Shown one piece after another: positions 49,370-61,112 of a stretch of 64,000 nt of DNA. Positions within the stretch are counted from its first letter, which is position 1, and each line of letters begins with the position of its first letter. The notes under the pieces are model-generated. The model had not been told where the DNA came from, searched no databases, and saw nothing but the letters and a program-made list of their open reading frames with translations. Origin of the DNA: Fistulifera solaris (taxonomy: Eukaryota); contig AP026140.1 in the NCBI GenBank assembly GCA_030295235.1, positions 372,001-436,000 of the forward strand. Reading direction: 5' to 3'. Position numbers and translations under genes: made by a program.

Positions 49370-50285
49370 AAATTTTTCGATCCTACCTAAAAGCTGAGCA
49401 AGTTCCAGAATGTCATGAAATAGTGATATAGAGCATAATGAATAATGAAAGAAAGTGCGTGTTCCAGATTTCCAGGAAACTTTGTTTTGCGTCTTAACGA
49501 AGCAAAATGCAAATTCCAGAATTTCTGGAAAAAGTGTTTTGCATCATACCTGGTACAGAAATTCTGATGTAGTCCAGAAATTCTGGACCAATTTTTCGAT
49601 CCTACCTAAATGCTGAGAAAGTTCCAGAATTTCATGAAATAGTGTTATGGAGGATGACGAAGAAAGTACGCTTTCCAGATTTTCAAGAAACTGTGTTTTG
49701 CGTCTTAACGAAGCAAAATGCAAATTCCAGAATTTCTGGAAAAAGTGTTTTGCATCATACAGAAATTCTGATGTAGTCCAGAAATTCTGGACCAATTTTT
49801 TCGATCCTACCGAAATGCTGAGAAAGTTCCAGAATTTCATCAAACAGTGTTATGGAGCATGACGAAGAAAGTACGCTTTCCAGATTTTCAAGAAACTGTG
49901 TTTTGCGTCTTAACGAAGCAAAATGCAAATTCCAGAATTTCTGGAAAAGTGTTTTGCATCATACAGAAATGCTGTGTATTGGTCCAGAAATTCTGGACCA
50001 ATTTTTTCGATCCTACCGAAATGCTGAGAAAGTTCCAGAATTTCATCAAACAGTGTTATGGAGCATGACGAAGAAAGTACGCTTTCCAGATTTTCAGGAA
50101 ACTGTGTTTTGCGTCTTAACGAAGCAAAATGCAAATTCCAGAATTTCTGGAAAAAGTGTTTTGCATCATACAGAAATGCTGTGTATTGGTCCAGAAATTC
50201 TGGACCAATTTTTTCGATCCTACCGAAATGCTGTTTTGCATCATACAGAAATTCTGTTGTGTTCCAGAAGTTCTGGACAGATTTT
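49370..50285. repeat. Satellite-like array B: ~205-206-bp tandem unit, about 4.4 copies
   Basis: gacgaagaaagtacgctttccagat starts at 49656, 49861 and 50067, with a degenerate copy near 49445. Each unit holds ttccagaatttctggaa and gtccagaaattctggac palindromes. Confidence 0.92.
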
Positions 50286-50381
50286 TCCACGTCATCGCGC
50301 CCATTCGAATGCAATAAAAACATACTGTCGAGTCACTATTCGATCTATTCCTTCATCACTACATCTATTACCTTTCATCAA

Positions 50382-51179
50382 ATGCCGCAATTACGAGCAC
50401 TGGGATTTTGTGGAGCCGATGATTCCGTTCATCCGCATCATTTAGTGGTCTTGGCGCAAGCATATCCTTGCGTTGAATTTGGTGTCTTGTTTCGACCCGA
50501 TCTGGAAGGTCAACCGCGATATGCGACAATGGCGTGGGTTGAACGCTTGTCCAATGCCATGACTTTGTGTAGTGGTATGAAATTAGCCGCGCATTTGTGC
50601 GGGAGTCGCGTCAATGATGTTTTGCAAGGTGATACAGCTTTTATAGAGCAATTGCAAAAGTGGGGTTTCAAACGTGTGCAAATCAACGCCACTGCCGTCA
50701 ATGGTGTCGATACCAGTCGACTTGCGGAAGCTGTACCAGTATTATGTGATATAATAAGCAAATACCCTGCTCTGGAGTTCATTCTGCAAAAGAACGACGA
50801 AACTGAGCCTTTGTACAATGGCTTATTATTGCATTTTGTCAGTGGCGAAAGAACGTTTCCTGCTAATCTTTCCTTCTTAGTAGACGAGTCAAAAGGAACG
50901 GGGGTAGCACCTACAAAATCCTGGCCGTCTGCAACGGATGCCTATCCGATTGGTTACGCCGGGGGCATTGGCCCGGCCAATATACAACAAGTTTTGAAGG
51001 AGACGTCGGTTGCGGCAGGAGAACATCCATTCTGGATCGATATGGAAAGCAGTCTACGCAGTATCAAGAATGGTGTCGATGTCTTTGATCTGGATAAGTG
51101 CTTCTTGGTTATTGAAGCAGCGTGCGAGGCGGGTCTCATGGAACGTCCTCATTATCTTGTTGCCTCCGACAAGGAGTGA
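50382..51179 (+). CDS. TrpF/PRAI-like TIM-barrel protein of unknown function
   Basis: GFCGADDSV, VEFGVL, AAHLCG, RVQIN, LVDESKGTG, GYAGGIGPAN and FWIDMESSLR. The true start is the ATG at 50382; the ORF-track extension is repeat DNA. Confidence 0.65.
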   Translation: MPQLRALGFCGADDSVHPHHLVVLAQAYPCVEFGVLFRPDLEGQPRYATMAWVERLSNAMTLCSGMKLAAHLCGSRVNDVLQGDTAFIEQLQKWGFKRVQINATAVNGVDTSRLAEAVPVLCDIISKYPALEFILQKNDETEPLYNGLLLHFVSGERTFPANLSFLVDESKGTGVAPTKSWPSATDAYPIGYAGGIGPANIQQVLKETSVAAGEHPFWIDMESSLRSIKNGVDVFDLDKCFLVIEAACEAGLMERPHYLVASDKE

Positions 51180-51279
51180 TGAAACGCTAATTCTAAGCAA
51201 GAAAATAAATCATAATTTGAAATGCTATTAGACTATTTATGAAAAAATATAGTTTAGGCTGTCAGAGCTCAACTTAATG

Positions 51280-51933
51280 TCATCTACTGTCTCCTGTCTC
51301 ATTCTTTTCGCGGGAAGCTTCAGCATCTCCTTGTTCTAATGATTGCTGTTCTTGTAGATAAAAATTTCCCGCATCAATTCCGGCTTGTATAGTCCCAAAC
51401 AAGGCCCCCAACAAGGCTCCTACACCCAATCCCCATGCCACCATGACGGGAGGGCGCACAGTGCCGACGACCAGCCGTCGACGATATTGATTCATCCCGA
51501 TGACACCCGCCAATCCAGCGACGGTCCCACCCGCCATAGAATCACCGACTGCTGTCACTGCAATTCTCCCGTAATCGTTCTGTATCCACGAATTCGGACT
51601 CGCCGTCGACAAGTATGTCAATGCGGAAGACGTCGGTGACACGAGGCGACTCGTTTCGATGACCCAAGCAAAGAACATACAGGAAATCGCCCATGTCATG
51701 GGCAAATGCTTGTTCTTGTTCACTAATACCACAGGGCGAGGCATGCTGGTTGACGCTGATTGTTGTTTTTGTAACGCGAGACCGACCAAGGAACCACCCG
51801 ATCCGGCGAACGTAATTCGCACGAGACTTTCCATCAGACGTTCCCAGGAAACGCCCTTGGTGTTCGTTGTCGGCGAAGAAGAATCTGCGGTTTCTGCACC
51901 TTCTTGTGATCGTTCACCGGATGGGCTTTGCAT
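51280..51933 (-). CDS. Gly-rich multi-pass membrane protein, weakly Tim17-like
   Basis: Intact 217-aa ORF with four Gly/Ala-rich hydrophobic segments. Confidence 0.6.
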   Translation of the reverse strand: MQSPSGERSQEGAETADSSSPTTNTKGVSWERLMESLVRITFAGSGGSLVGLALQKQQSASTSMPRPVVLVNKNKHLPMTWAISCMFFAWVIETSRLVSPTSSALTYLSTASPNSWIQNDYGRIAVTAVGDSMAGGTVAGLAGVIGMNQYRRRLVVGTVRPPVMVAWGLGVGALLGALFGTIQAGIDAGNFYLQEQQSLEQGDAEASREKNETGDSR

Positions 51934-52019
51934 CGTTTATTTCTGGTTTCATTGCAACATGAGGCTTGATTGCTTATTGCAGCGTTTATTGTTTTATGCT
52001 GACATTCGCGCTCCATTTG

Positions 52020-53193
52020 CAGGCCACTTTATACTACTACGTCAGTAGCATTTTGTAGTAGAAGTAGTACTTTGTCAGCCAAAGTTGTACAGAGTAGTAT
52101 TTTAAGTATGTAGTGTGGTTAGGGATAATTCAATGTGAAAGGGCAACGTCACGTTTCTAGCTCACTCATTTTGCCCTAAATAAATCATTTTGCGCCCTAG
52201 TAACGGCTTATTTGACATTTTTTCATTAAAAGTCTTGTTTGATGCAGTGGTGGGAAGCTGCAGGAAGGTGAATGCCCTGGAGCCTGGGGAAAACGCCGAC
52301 GAAAATGTTTCATTTCACGCTTTACTCTTGCAAGTCCAGGGTTTCCTTGTTTCCTTATTGCTCTACTTCTTTTCTCTTGCACCATCTAACATCCAGTTCC
52401 TGGTGCAATGCCTCGACCAGCAAAGCGAAGTGCCGAAAACGAGCCTGCAGGAAGCCCGTCTCCCAAGAAGCCCAAGCGCACTTACATTTTGGCGGCGGTC
52501 AAATCGACTCTCCGACAGCAACGCCATCAATTCTTCGACTTCATTCCGCTTCCAGCAACATCTTCATGTCAACTATGAATCGAAACGCGGCCTGAACCAA
52601 TTCTTTCAGCAGTTCTATATCCAAAAAACGAGCAACGACAGCTCCCCGACGGCATTTTGGCGCCGGTCAAATCGACGATCCGACGGCAAAGCCATCAATT
52701 CTTCGACTTCATTCCGCTTCCAGCAACATCTTCATGTCAAATATGAATCGAAACGCGGCCTGAACCAATTCTTTCAGCAGTTCTATATCCAAAAAACGAG
52801 CAACGACAGCTCCCCGACGGCATTTTGGCGCCGGTCAAATCGACGATCCGACGGCAAAGCCATCAATCCTTCCACTCCATTTCGTATCAAGCAGTTTCTT
52901 CACGTCAAATAATAATGGGAACGCGGCTTGAAACCGTGCTATCTCTTGTTGTTGATCAAAAACTTGCAAAGAAATACAAAAGGGTAAAGAACGATAATAA
53001 ATACTCCGTAATAATTTTTTGTTGCGCAAGAATTGGCGAGAGGATAAAGCTGGCCGGCGCTCTAGTATTGTATTTCATGTACATATCGTGTCCGTTGATC
53101 TTTGTAATACTTTGAGTATTTTAAGGTCTCAAAAGTGTAGTATTTTAAGTTACGGTACTGCAGTACTACAATGTAGTAGTATAAAGTGGCCCG
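52020..53193. mobile_element. Non-autonomous hAT-type DNA transposon (1174 bp)
   Basis: TIRs CAGGCCACTTTATACTACTAC (52020-52040) and GTAGTAGTATAAAGTGGCCCG (53173-53193) match at 20 of 21 positions. The 8-bp TSD TCCATTTG occurs at 52012-52019 and 53194-53201. Confidence 0.9.
52485..52935. repeat. 168-bp tandem repeat (~2.6 copies) inside the transposon
   Basis: ggcg(g/c)cggtcaaatcgac starts at 52491, 52659 and 52827. Confidence 0.9.
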
Positions 53194-53739
53194 TCCATTT
53201 GTACTAAGGTTAATGATGATTCGCGGGCGCGCGCGAAAATTCGTGCCCATGACTGAAAATCCAGTCGTGCAAAAAAGTAATCTACACTTTGGATGATAGT
53301 CAACTATAACCAGCACGGTTGGCGAGAAAACTGACGTTAAAAAACCAAGGGATGCGTGATAAATTTTGAAATTACGTCTTATAACATGTTGTGTTGAAAA
53401 GGACCGTAGACTTCACCTTCGTTTATCTGTGCATTAATAACAAACGACACTCATCTAAACAATCATGACTGATATCCAGTCTTGGCAAAACCGAACAACA
53501 CTGTGAGGCTCTATAGTACATTTCGATGCCAACACGTTTGTTCTTTTCGGCGACCGCGAACATGACGACGACACCAAAAGTGCGCCGCTCTCAACGGTCA
53601 CTGCGGTCCTTATCCTGCCTATCTTCGATCATACTTCGTAACAATTAGAGACCAGGAAGCTATAAACTACAAGAGATCGGACGCAAGACTATTCTGCATC
53701 GCATTCGATTCACGCGTAAAGGTATCTTACAAGTAAATA

Positions 53740-55329
53740 ATGACTCGTTCTCCTCCGACCGAACAAGGCCTATTCGTCAATTCTTCCGATCCTGCTGTCC
53801 ACCATGAAGGGTCTTCTTTGATAGGAACAATATTTAACTTTACGAATTGCATCGTTGGCGCTGGAATGATCGGATTGGGCGGCGCAGTCGCCGTGTCGGG
53901 AGGATTAATTTCGGTCGTCACGATTGCCTTTTTTGCCGTTTTGACCAAGATTTCCCTGGATTTGGTCATTGAGCTCTCGGTACAAACGGGTCATTCTTCG
54001 TACGAAGAACTTGGCAAGGCGGCATTCGGACGGATGGGTCGCTTCATGGTCGTGTCGGCTAAATTTTGCTATTCTGCGGGCTGTCTGATTGCTTATATTG
54101 TGGTAATCAAAGACAATTTGGGGTCGGCCATTCGTGCCTTGATCAAACATCACTTTTCAGCGGGGCTCTTTACATCTACCGATGCTTTGTTGGGCGTAGG
54201 GTCGCTCTCTGGATTTTTTCATTGGTTGGTGCACAGTGACTTTTGGCTGACATGGATGGTCAGTACTTTGGTGATACTTCCTCTCTGTCTCTTGCGAGAC
54301 ATGACGCCCTTATCCAACCTGAGCATGTTAAGTGTGATTTGCTCCATCACGATTGTGGGCATCGTCATGTCCCTCTACTTCACCAATCCCAACCAAGAAA
54401 TTCGTCACTCGGGAGGTTCTCTCTATGACAACTGGCTCCAGGTACGATGGGGGTATCTGGAAAGTTTAGGGACGTTCGTTTTTACTTTCGTTTCACAACA
54501 CACGGTACATTTGACGTTCAGATCGTTAAAACCGGAACTGCGAACGGTATCGAACTGGAAGAAGGTCTCGTCCGTCGCTCTATTTTTAGCGGCTTCGGTT
54601 TCTTTGCTGGTGGCTGTCTTTGTTTATATATCTTTCTGGCAAGAAGCTGAAAGTGATATATTTGCAATTTACCCCTCAATACCCGTTACAAATATGGCGA
54701 GGCTATTGCTTTGTATAACAATGCTCTTGACCTTTCCGCTACCCTTCTTTACATGTCGCGAACTGCTTATTTTGACCTTCTTTCCTGCAAACTTGTGCGC
54801 TCTTTCGGAGGTAATATCCGAGAGGGATGATGAAAGTGTTGAACAAGCTACCGATCATGATGGATTATCGAGCTTGCAAGAGCCGCTTTTGGGAGAAAGA
54901 CGGGACGTGGAAAACAATACTTCTATTGTTTCTCTCTCTTCGGCCAGCGACGAAGCTGTTGGTATATCTGAAAGCTTGATGGACATTAGCAGCGTTCTCT
55001 CTGCACATGCTGCTTACGTGATCAATGAATGCTTACTTCCCGACAATGATCGGCAGCTGAAATTGCCTTATCACGTGGCATTGACCTGCAAATTGTGGTT
55101 TGTGGTGACCGGTTTCGCTGTTGCTGCTCCGAATTTAGGCGATGTATTGAATCTGGTGGGCTGTGCATCGGGCACAATCATTGCTTTCATCCTTCCCGCT
55201 TGTCTGAGTTTCCGATTAAAGGGCTTTTCTTTGATGGCTTTGATGATATTAGTAGTGGGAGGAATCGTCGGTGTATTTGGGACGTTTTTTAGCGTGAAGC
55301 GATTGTACATAGACATTTCCAGACTCTGA
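53740..55329 (+). CDS. Amino acid transporter, Aa_trans/SLC38 family
   Basis: FNFTNCIVGAGMIGL, SYEELGKAAFG, ILPLCLLRDM, FTFVSQH and AFILPA, with about 11 hydrophobic segments. Confidence 0.92.
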   Translation: MTRSPPTEQGLFVNSSDPAVHHEGSSLIGTIFNFTNCIVGAGMIGLGGAVAVSGGLISVVTIAFFAVLTKISLDLVIELSVQTGHSSYEELGKAAFGRMGRFMVVSAKFCYSAGCLIAYIVVIKDNLGSAIRALIKHHFSAGLFTSTDALLGVGSLSGFFHWLVHSDFWLTWMVSTLVILPLCLLRDMTPLSNLSMLSVICSITIVGIVMSLYFTNPNQEIRHSGGSLYDNWLQVRWGYLESLGTFVFTFVSQHTVHLTFRSLKPELRTVSNWKKVSSVALFLAASVSLLVAVFVYISFWQEAESDIFAIYPSIPVTNMARLLLCITMLLTFPLPFFTCRELLILTFFPANLCALSEVISERDDESVEQATDHDGLSSLQEPLLGERRDVENNTSIVSLSSASDEAVGISESLMDISSVLSAHAAYVINECLLPDNDRQLKLPYHVALTCKLWFVVTGFAVAAPNLGDVLNLVGCASGTIIAFILPACLSFRLKGFSLMALMILVVGGIVGVFGTFFSVKRLYIDISRL

Positions 55330-55616
55330 GCAACGAGGAAAGAGAGACTTCCGAACAAAATGATTTGGCACTTAGACTACCCTTGTTGACGGTTTGGCGA
55401 AAGTTAATAATTGAAAACATAGCGCATCTAGTTTCGACCGGTACTGATCCTACATGTCAATCCACAATCGAATACCGATAAGATTCGATATTAATTTTGA
55501 CTCGTGTCTGCACTTCTGTGACCGTTTTGGATCGGTTTCTTTCAGCAGTTTTCTCGAAGCGGCTAATGCCAATGACCACGAATCAGCATACCAAGTATCA
55601 TTATAACTCATAAAAA

Positions 55617-56297
55617 ATGAAAAGCATGTTCCAACGATTTGCCCCGATTCCGACGGTCCAAGACTACGATTACGTTCACCATTTGGCTGGGCCGTTGTTC
55701 TCCGATCAAATCACTCCCTCTTCTCAGCCGGGACAAGTCCATCATCTCAGAATGAAAGAACAATTGTGGACACGCTGGAGCAACGACATGTACGGCATTC
55801 GCTATGCAGATGGAACTGTTTTTGCTGCAGACATAAAAGGGCAAACATTCACATTTCGTGATCGTATGGTCCTGCGCGACACAAAAGAAGAAGTGATCGG
55901 GGTCATGGTAAAAGTGATGTCTCGAACGCAGCAAACAATCAAGATTTACGGTTTACGTCCTTTCACAGCGGGTCAAATTTCCAGCGAACAAAGGTACAAA
56001 AGTAGTGCTCTCTACCTGTGGGCGGAAGTAACGGAACTATTGACGTCCTTCCAGTACGTCATGACGATGGCAGATGGTACGGAATATGTGGCCGATCCGG
56101 TGGGTGGATTTGTAGGTTCACAGAACATGCGCTTAACGCGCAACGGGAAGGTGTGCGCTGCTTTGAGACAGATCAATTGGGCCGCGGACTTTGAAGGAAA
56201 GACATGGGATGTCACTGTTGATCCTGGAGTGGATCCTTGTTTGATATGCTGCTTCATTGTTGTGATAGACGAAATGAACGAGAACCGCAGAAAGTAA
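55617..56297 (+). CDS. LURP-one-related (LOR)/Tubby-C-like scramblase-fold protein, copy 1
   Basis: MKEQLWTRWSNDMYGI, FTFRDRMVLRD, and a terminal V.V.PGVDPCLICCFIVVIDE helix. Confidence 0.8.
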   Translation: MKSMFQRFAPIPTVQDYDYVHHLAGPLFSDQITPSSQPGQVHHLRMKEQLWTRWSNDMYGIRYADGTVFAADIKGQTFTFRDRMVLRDTKEEVIGVMVKVMSRTQQTIKIYGLRPFTAGQISSEQRYKSSALYLWAEVTELLTSFQYVMTMADGTEYVADPVGGFVGSQNMRLTRNGKVCAALRQINWAADFEGKTWDVTVDPGVDPCLICCFIVVIDEMNENRRK

Positions 56298-56687
56298 TGG
56301 AAGATGGCGGGCTTATTCGAACTTTACAAAGCACTTTTTCAACAGATCATACGAACATCTACTTTTTTAAAAAATCGTCATTTGTCCATTTATATTTTGA
56401 ATTTCATGATATATAAGAAAGAAAAAGCCTGCTACAAGTGCGTTTGTTTTTTATTTTGAAATAAAATTAAGGACAATAACCTTGACAGGTATCGATAAGA
56501 CACTCTAGGAGTCATTCGTGCCTTTGTCGAGCGCACGTTTCAACTTACTTGTTTCAACCTTCCTTCCGAATGTTTCGCCAAAACGAAAAGATGCACGCCA
56601 TCGTCGTCGCCCATCGCATATGTAAGCAGTATCATTTTATATTCTTTTCGTCACAAGAAAGAGCATAGCTTCTACAAACCAAAACAA

Positions 56688-57358
56688 ATGTTCCAACATT
56701 CCACTCCGATTCCTAAGGCGCAAGACTTTGACTATGTACACCAGGTGACTGGACCGATTTTCACGGATGAAGTAATGCCTTCGTCTCAGCCACGACAAAT
56801 TTATCGTCTTAAAATGAAAGAAAAGCTGTGGACGAGCTGGAGTCGCGATTCCTACGGTATTCGATACACGGATGGCACTCCTTTCGGGGTCGACATTCAG
56901 GGACATGCCTTCACGCTGCGTGATCGCATTGTGCTGCGCGATTCGAAAGGGGCTGTGATAGGAGTCATGTTACGAATGTTCTTTCGCTTACAAGAAACTT
57001 TCAAAATCTACGGTTTCCGGCCGTTCAAGGAAGGTCAAGCTCCAAGTGATCAAGCCTACGAAGGCAAATCTCTTTATTCATGGGCCGAAGTAGTGGAAAA
57101 GTTCATGTCGGTACAGCGCATCATGACCATGGCCGATGGCACAAGATACGTGGCCGATCAAGTGGGTGGCTTTTAGGACCTCAACATCTGCGACTCACTT
57201 ACAATGGTAAGGTCTGCGTTAGTGCGAAACAGTTGAATTGGGCCGCAGACTTTGCAGGCAAGTCATGGGACATTACGATCGGTCCTGGAGTGGACCCTTG
57301 TTTGATCTGCTGCTTCATTGCTGTCATCGACGAAATGAAAGAAAATCGCAATGACTAA
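56688..57358 (+). CDS. LOR/Tubby-C-like protein, copy 2
   Basis: Colinear with copy 1. Split by a 1-nt indel in the T-run at ~57171. Ends IGPGVDPCLICCFIAVIDEMKENRND. Confidence 0.8.
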
Positions 57359-57755
57359 ATGTATAAGGCGCGCACTCATCTTGTATCTACGCTCAAGATT
57401 TTGACAGCTGCTCTACCGTATCCCGTGTGTCTTATAATCTACCTTGTCCAGGCTTTTTAAGGAAAATACGTTGATTTTATGAACCTAGGCATGTCCAACA
57501 TCATGTAAATGCATGTATTGATCCTTGTTGTTAACTTGTTGGATTGAAGCAACCTCCACGATCAACGTAGCATATTAGGCTTGAGCTCGCATAGACGTTT
57601 ATTGCATACGACACACGAACGATAAATCCAGTCCCGCGACGCTCATCACAATAAATCACAATGATGAAACTCGAGATTATTGATGATGAAAGATGAGACG
57701 ATACGGCATGTCATTCTCTGTCAATGACAACTATTTCAGTTATTGCTTCATTTAA

Positions 57756-58962
57756 ATGAGTGTCGCACACCGCAGTATAGCCCGACTGCCTCTGGAGATC
57801 TTTGAACGCCTTAGCGACGATAGTAATGTTTCCGCAATCGATCTGCGGGCCGCCATTTCCAAGCAACTGAAAAATGTCGCTAGAAAGAAATCCTTTCGAA
57901 CCGTTTACGTCAAAGTACTCACAGTTGGACCCATGCTACAGTTGTCGGTTACTTCTTTGATGCGAGCACTCGATCCTCTTTTGACGTATCAGGAATGCAT
58001 CGAATTTCGACGACGTGTAGCGGAAGCATGTTCTCCGCAACCGGTCACCGCACTCCATCTTCTGCAAAATGTTAGTCCCCACACAAGGGTGCTTTCGACG
58101 GGACTTTTCCCGCTCGATACAAGCTTGTTGGGCGGTATTCGCGTCGGAACTCTCACGGAATTGGTAGGGTCGGCGGGTTCGGGAAAGACACAACTAGCGA
58201 TGCAAATGATCGTTCAAGCGGCAGCGAAACGACAAGGAACTATTTTTATTGATACGGAACAGAAATTAAGTTTGCCGCGATTGCAGGATATCGCATTGGG
58301 AAAAGTTCGCCGCTGGCGCGGCACTGTTGTTGCATAACGATAGCTCAGTGCAACCTTCGGTACAAGACCTCACAACGGACTACTATGTCGATCCGAAATT
58401 AGTTTTACAGAATCTATCAGTGTATTCGCCAGCCAGTATGGATGATCTCACAAGCGTTTTATCCTCCATGGAAGAAGAAATTCTTAAACGCAACGAAGAA
58501 GCGGAAAAGAATCCCGATCAAAAGTTCCCGGTACGATTCGTTGTGCTGGATAGCATTGCCGCTCCGGCTCGTCGTGATTTTGCTCCAGGATCCGGTCCGC
58601 AAAGAGCCGCGGCCGTCATGTATTGCTCGCAGAAACTGAAGCAAATAGCCGATCATATGCATCTGGCGGTCTTGATCATCAATCAAGTAGGAGGCAGTTG
58701 GAATTCGGATGACAAGCAATCCGATGTCGCCACTCGGGCCGCCTTGGGGACCACTTGGCATCATTGTGTCACAACGAGAATTCAGCTAGAGACCGCGTCG
58801 AATGTACCTTCGACAGAATTGACAAATGGCGGTTTAGCAAGCAACCCACTTCGATGGGCCTCCGTGGTGAAGAGTAACATTGTGGGACACGGTTCGAAAA
58901 TTCCTTTTGCTATTGATAAGGCAGGCCTTGCAGCCAACCATGTTGTGGAAAGTGCAAACTAG
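57756..58962 (+). CDS. RAD51 paralog, RAD51B-like
   Basis: LSTGL..LD..L.GGI..G.LTELVGSAGSGKTQ (Walker A), FIDTE, VVLDSIAA (Walker B), INQV and AALGTTWHHCVTTR. Indel near 58305-58325. Confidence 0.85.
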
Positions 58963-59511
58963 CTCTTGGGATTTCCATTTTCGCTTTCGGCTCGAATCTT
59001 CAATCACTTTGTAATAACATTACCATCGATATGAATGCCCCCTGGTATTTGAGTCGTGCAACCTTTCTTGACGGAGATTTACCTATCACGTATACTCAGC
59101 AGAAGCAATACAAAGTACTCATTTATTATAGCAATGGAGGCCTTTACTAACACCTCGAATTAACCCAATGATCGGCTATTATTCCTAGAGCGATTCATCA
59201 TGGTCATCCGTATTATTTTTCCCAGAAACCAAGACTGGATTTCTGTCATGAGCTGATAAAATATTTGAAATTATCAACGGAGATGTACCTATAGCAAAAA
59301 CCGTGATAATTTCCGTTGAATTCGAACCGGCAACGAATTTTCACTCCAATGATGACCGCGGACTGCGTTGCGTTTCGCGGCTCTTCATTTTTTTATTCAT
59401 TCGCACAACAATACCCCCTTCAAGCTTCAAGGTTCGTTAAAATTACCTGGTATCGTGCGTGAGCCTCAGCTGTCGTTGGCTAAGTAGCGACAAGTGATAC
59501 GCACGAGCATC

Positions 59512-60403
59512 ATGAGTTCTGCGTCTTCTTGCGTGCTCGAAGACAGAAGTCAGCCATTAGTCAACAACAATCCTTCGGCACTAATAATAAATGATCGAAT
59601 TTTAACGCACTACGTCGACGTTGCGGAAAATGACAACTCGTGTCATGCTCACATAGTACGGGCCGTGGCTTACTTGGTGGGGTCGATTTTCGTCCCTCGA
59701 CAGATACTGGCGATTCTTCGGGTTTTAAAAGCCATCAGCTTGCTGTTCATTGTGCTAACAATCCTGGCCAATTTCATGTATATTCTGTTTGTTGAAGTGT
59801 TCACGAGTGATGCAGTACAAGAAATGACAGGCGGGGTGCGCGACACATTGCTGCGCCTCTTTGCGTTGCTATTATCACTGATTGCTCTGGCGATCGAGGT
59901 CGATTACACCAAAGTCGTGAAGCTGTACATCGGGCTAAAAGCCTTTATTCCGCGCGCACTTTTATATCTTTTCATCGCGATCATCACCTCGTCGCATCCT
60001 GTCGTTGCGATAAATCAGAAAAAGCATGCGAATGGTAACGACGCGAATCAAATGGATGATGCTTTTCAAGACGATTCTTACTATAAGTCCGCCAGTTCGG
60101 AGATACCATCCAGTGCCGTGGCCTTTCAGATGGTGACATCTTTTGTGCTGTAAGTCACTTTTACAATCACGCTCGTTATTTTTGATATCAAACTAATCAT
60201 GCTTTCTTGTTGGTCAAAGTGGTGGCTGTGGGTTTGGATATTTAGCTTGCGGAATGCTATGTTTTGATCGTTTTACGGCACTGGCTTTCATCTCGACCAA
60301 AGATCCACGCGTGACGACAGCGATCCCGCCGACAATGATGGACAGCGGAAGTTCTCTGGACGAAGAGCAACTAAGCGATTTGTCGGAGGGTGTATATTCC
60401 TAG
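59512..60403 (+). CDS. COPI-associated/TVP15-like four-pass membrane protein
   Basis: Four hydrophobic segments with IEVD and FIPRALLYLFIA. Intron 60150-60219 splices in frame to an exon ending at TAG 60403. Confidence 0.65.
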
Positions 60404-61112
60404 TCCGTGCCGTGCAATGCACGAAGGCTTGTTTCTGATTTGTATAAAAAGACATTATAAGTGCGTAGGCCGGCTTTATCTTTCTCTAAAAGAAGCGTTT
60501 CACTCGAGATTCTTTATTGCTTCGTCTCTCAAGTGCTCTCCTTCTTAGATCGCAAAATGCTCGACGACCTCAGCCAGTGCGTTTTATTTTATTTATAGTC
60601 AATAGTCAATACCTGGTACCTGGTACATGTACTGTACCTGGTACTGTAAGCGACAAAGAATGAATGAATTGGTCCATCGTAACCACGACTGCATTTCAGT
60701 CATGAATCATGATTCGTCCTAGGTCCTAGCCGCACTATGCTATTCATCCTCGTTCGTTCACAGCGATTGGTAGAATTGCAAATTGAAATCACACAGCATG
60801 TAACTACCACCATCAGCATTTACAATTATGTAATCCTTCAGTCCTCCTCTCGAAAACGTATGCGGATCGTTGTTGTCTCATTTTACTATAGGAAAGAGTG
60901 TTGGTTTACGGGGGTTAAACTTCTACTTTGTAGCATACTGTGGCTTATAGCTCATATCTTCCGAACCCATAACCCTAAACGGGATCTTTACGCCACACTT
61001 ATTGCTTACTCCTATGCGACAAGCGACAACCCCAAAAAAATGAGACGACGAGATACCTGCTGGTACCAATAATGGTGATGCTTTTTAGACCGTTCTTAGT
61101 GGCTTAGAACCT

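Noticed and set aside
49370..50285. CRISPR array (palindromic repeats at regular spacing, also 14860-16065)
   Set aside because: Sequences between the palindromes are themselves repeated rather than unique spacers, there are no cas genes, and the context is eukaryotic.
49544..50381. ORFs in array B, including the N-terminal extension of 50058..51179
   Set aside because: The 205-206 bp unit is not a multiple of 3 and the same peptide appears in different frames, so these are repeat artefacts.
52190..52912. 240-aa plus-strand ORF with 56-aa repeats
   Set aside because: It lies inside the TIR element, has no ATG start and no recognisable domain. Its length is explained by the 168-bp repeat.
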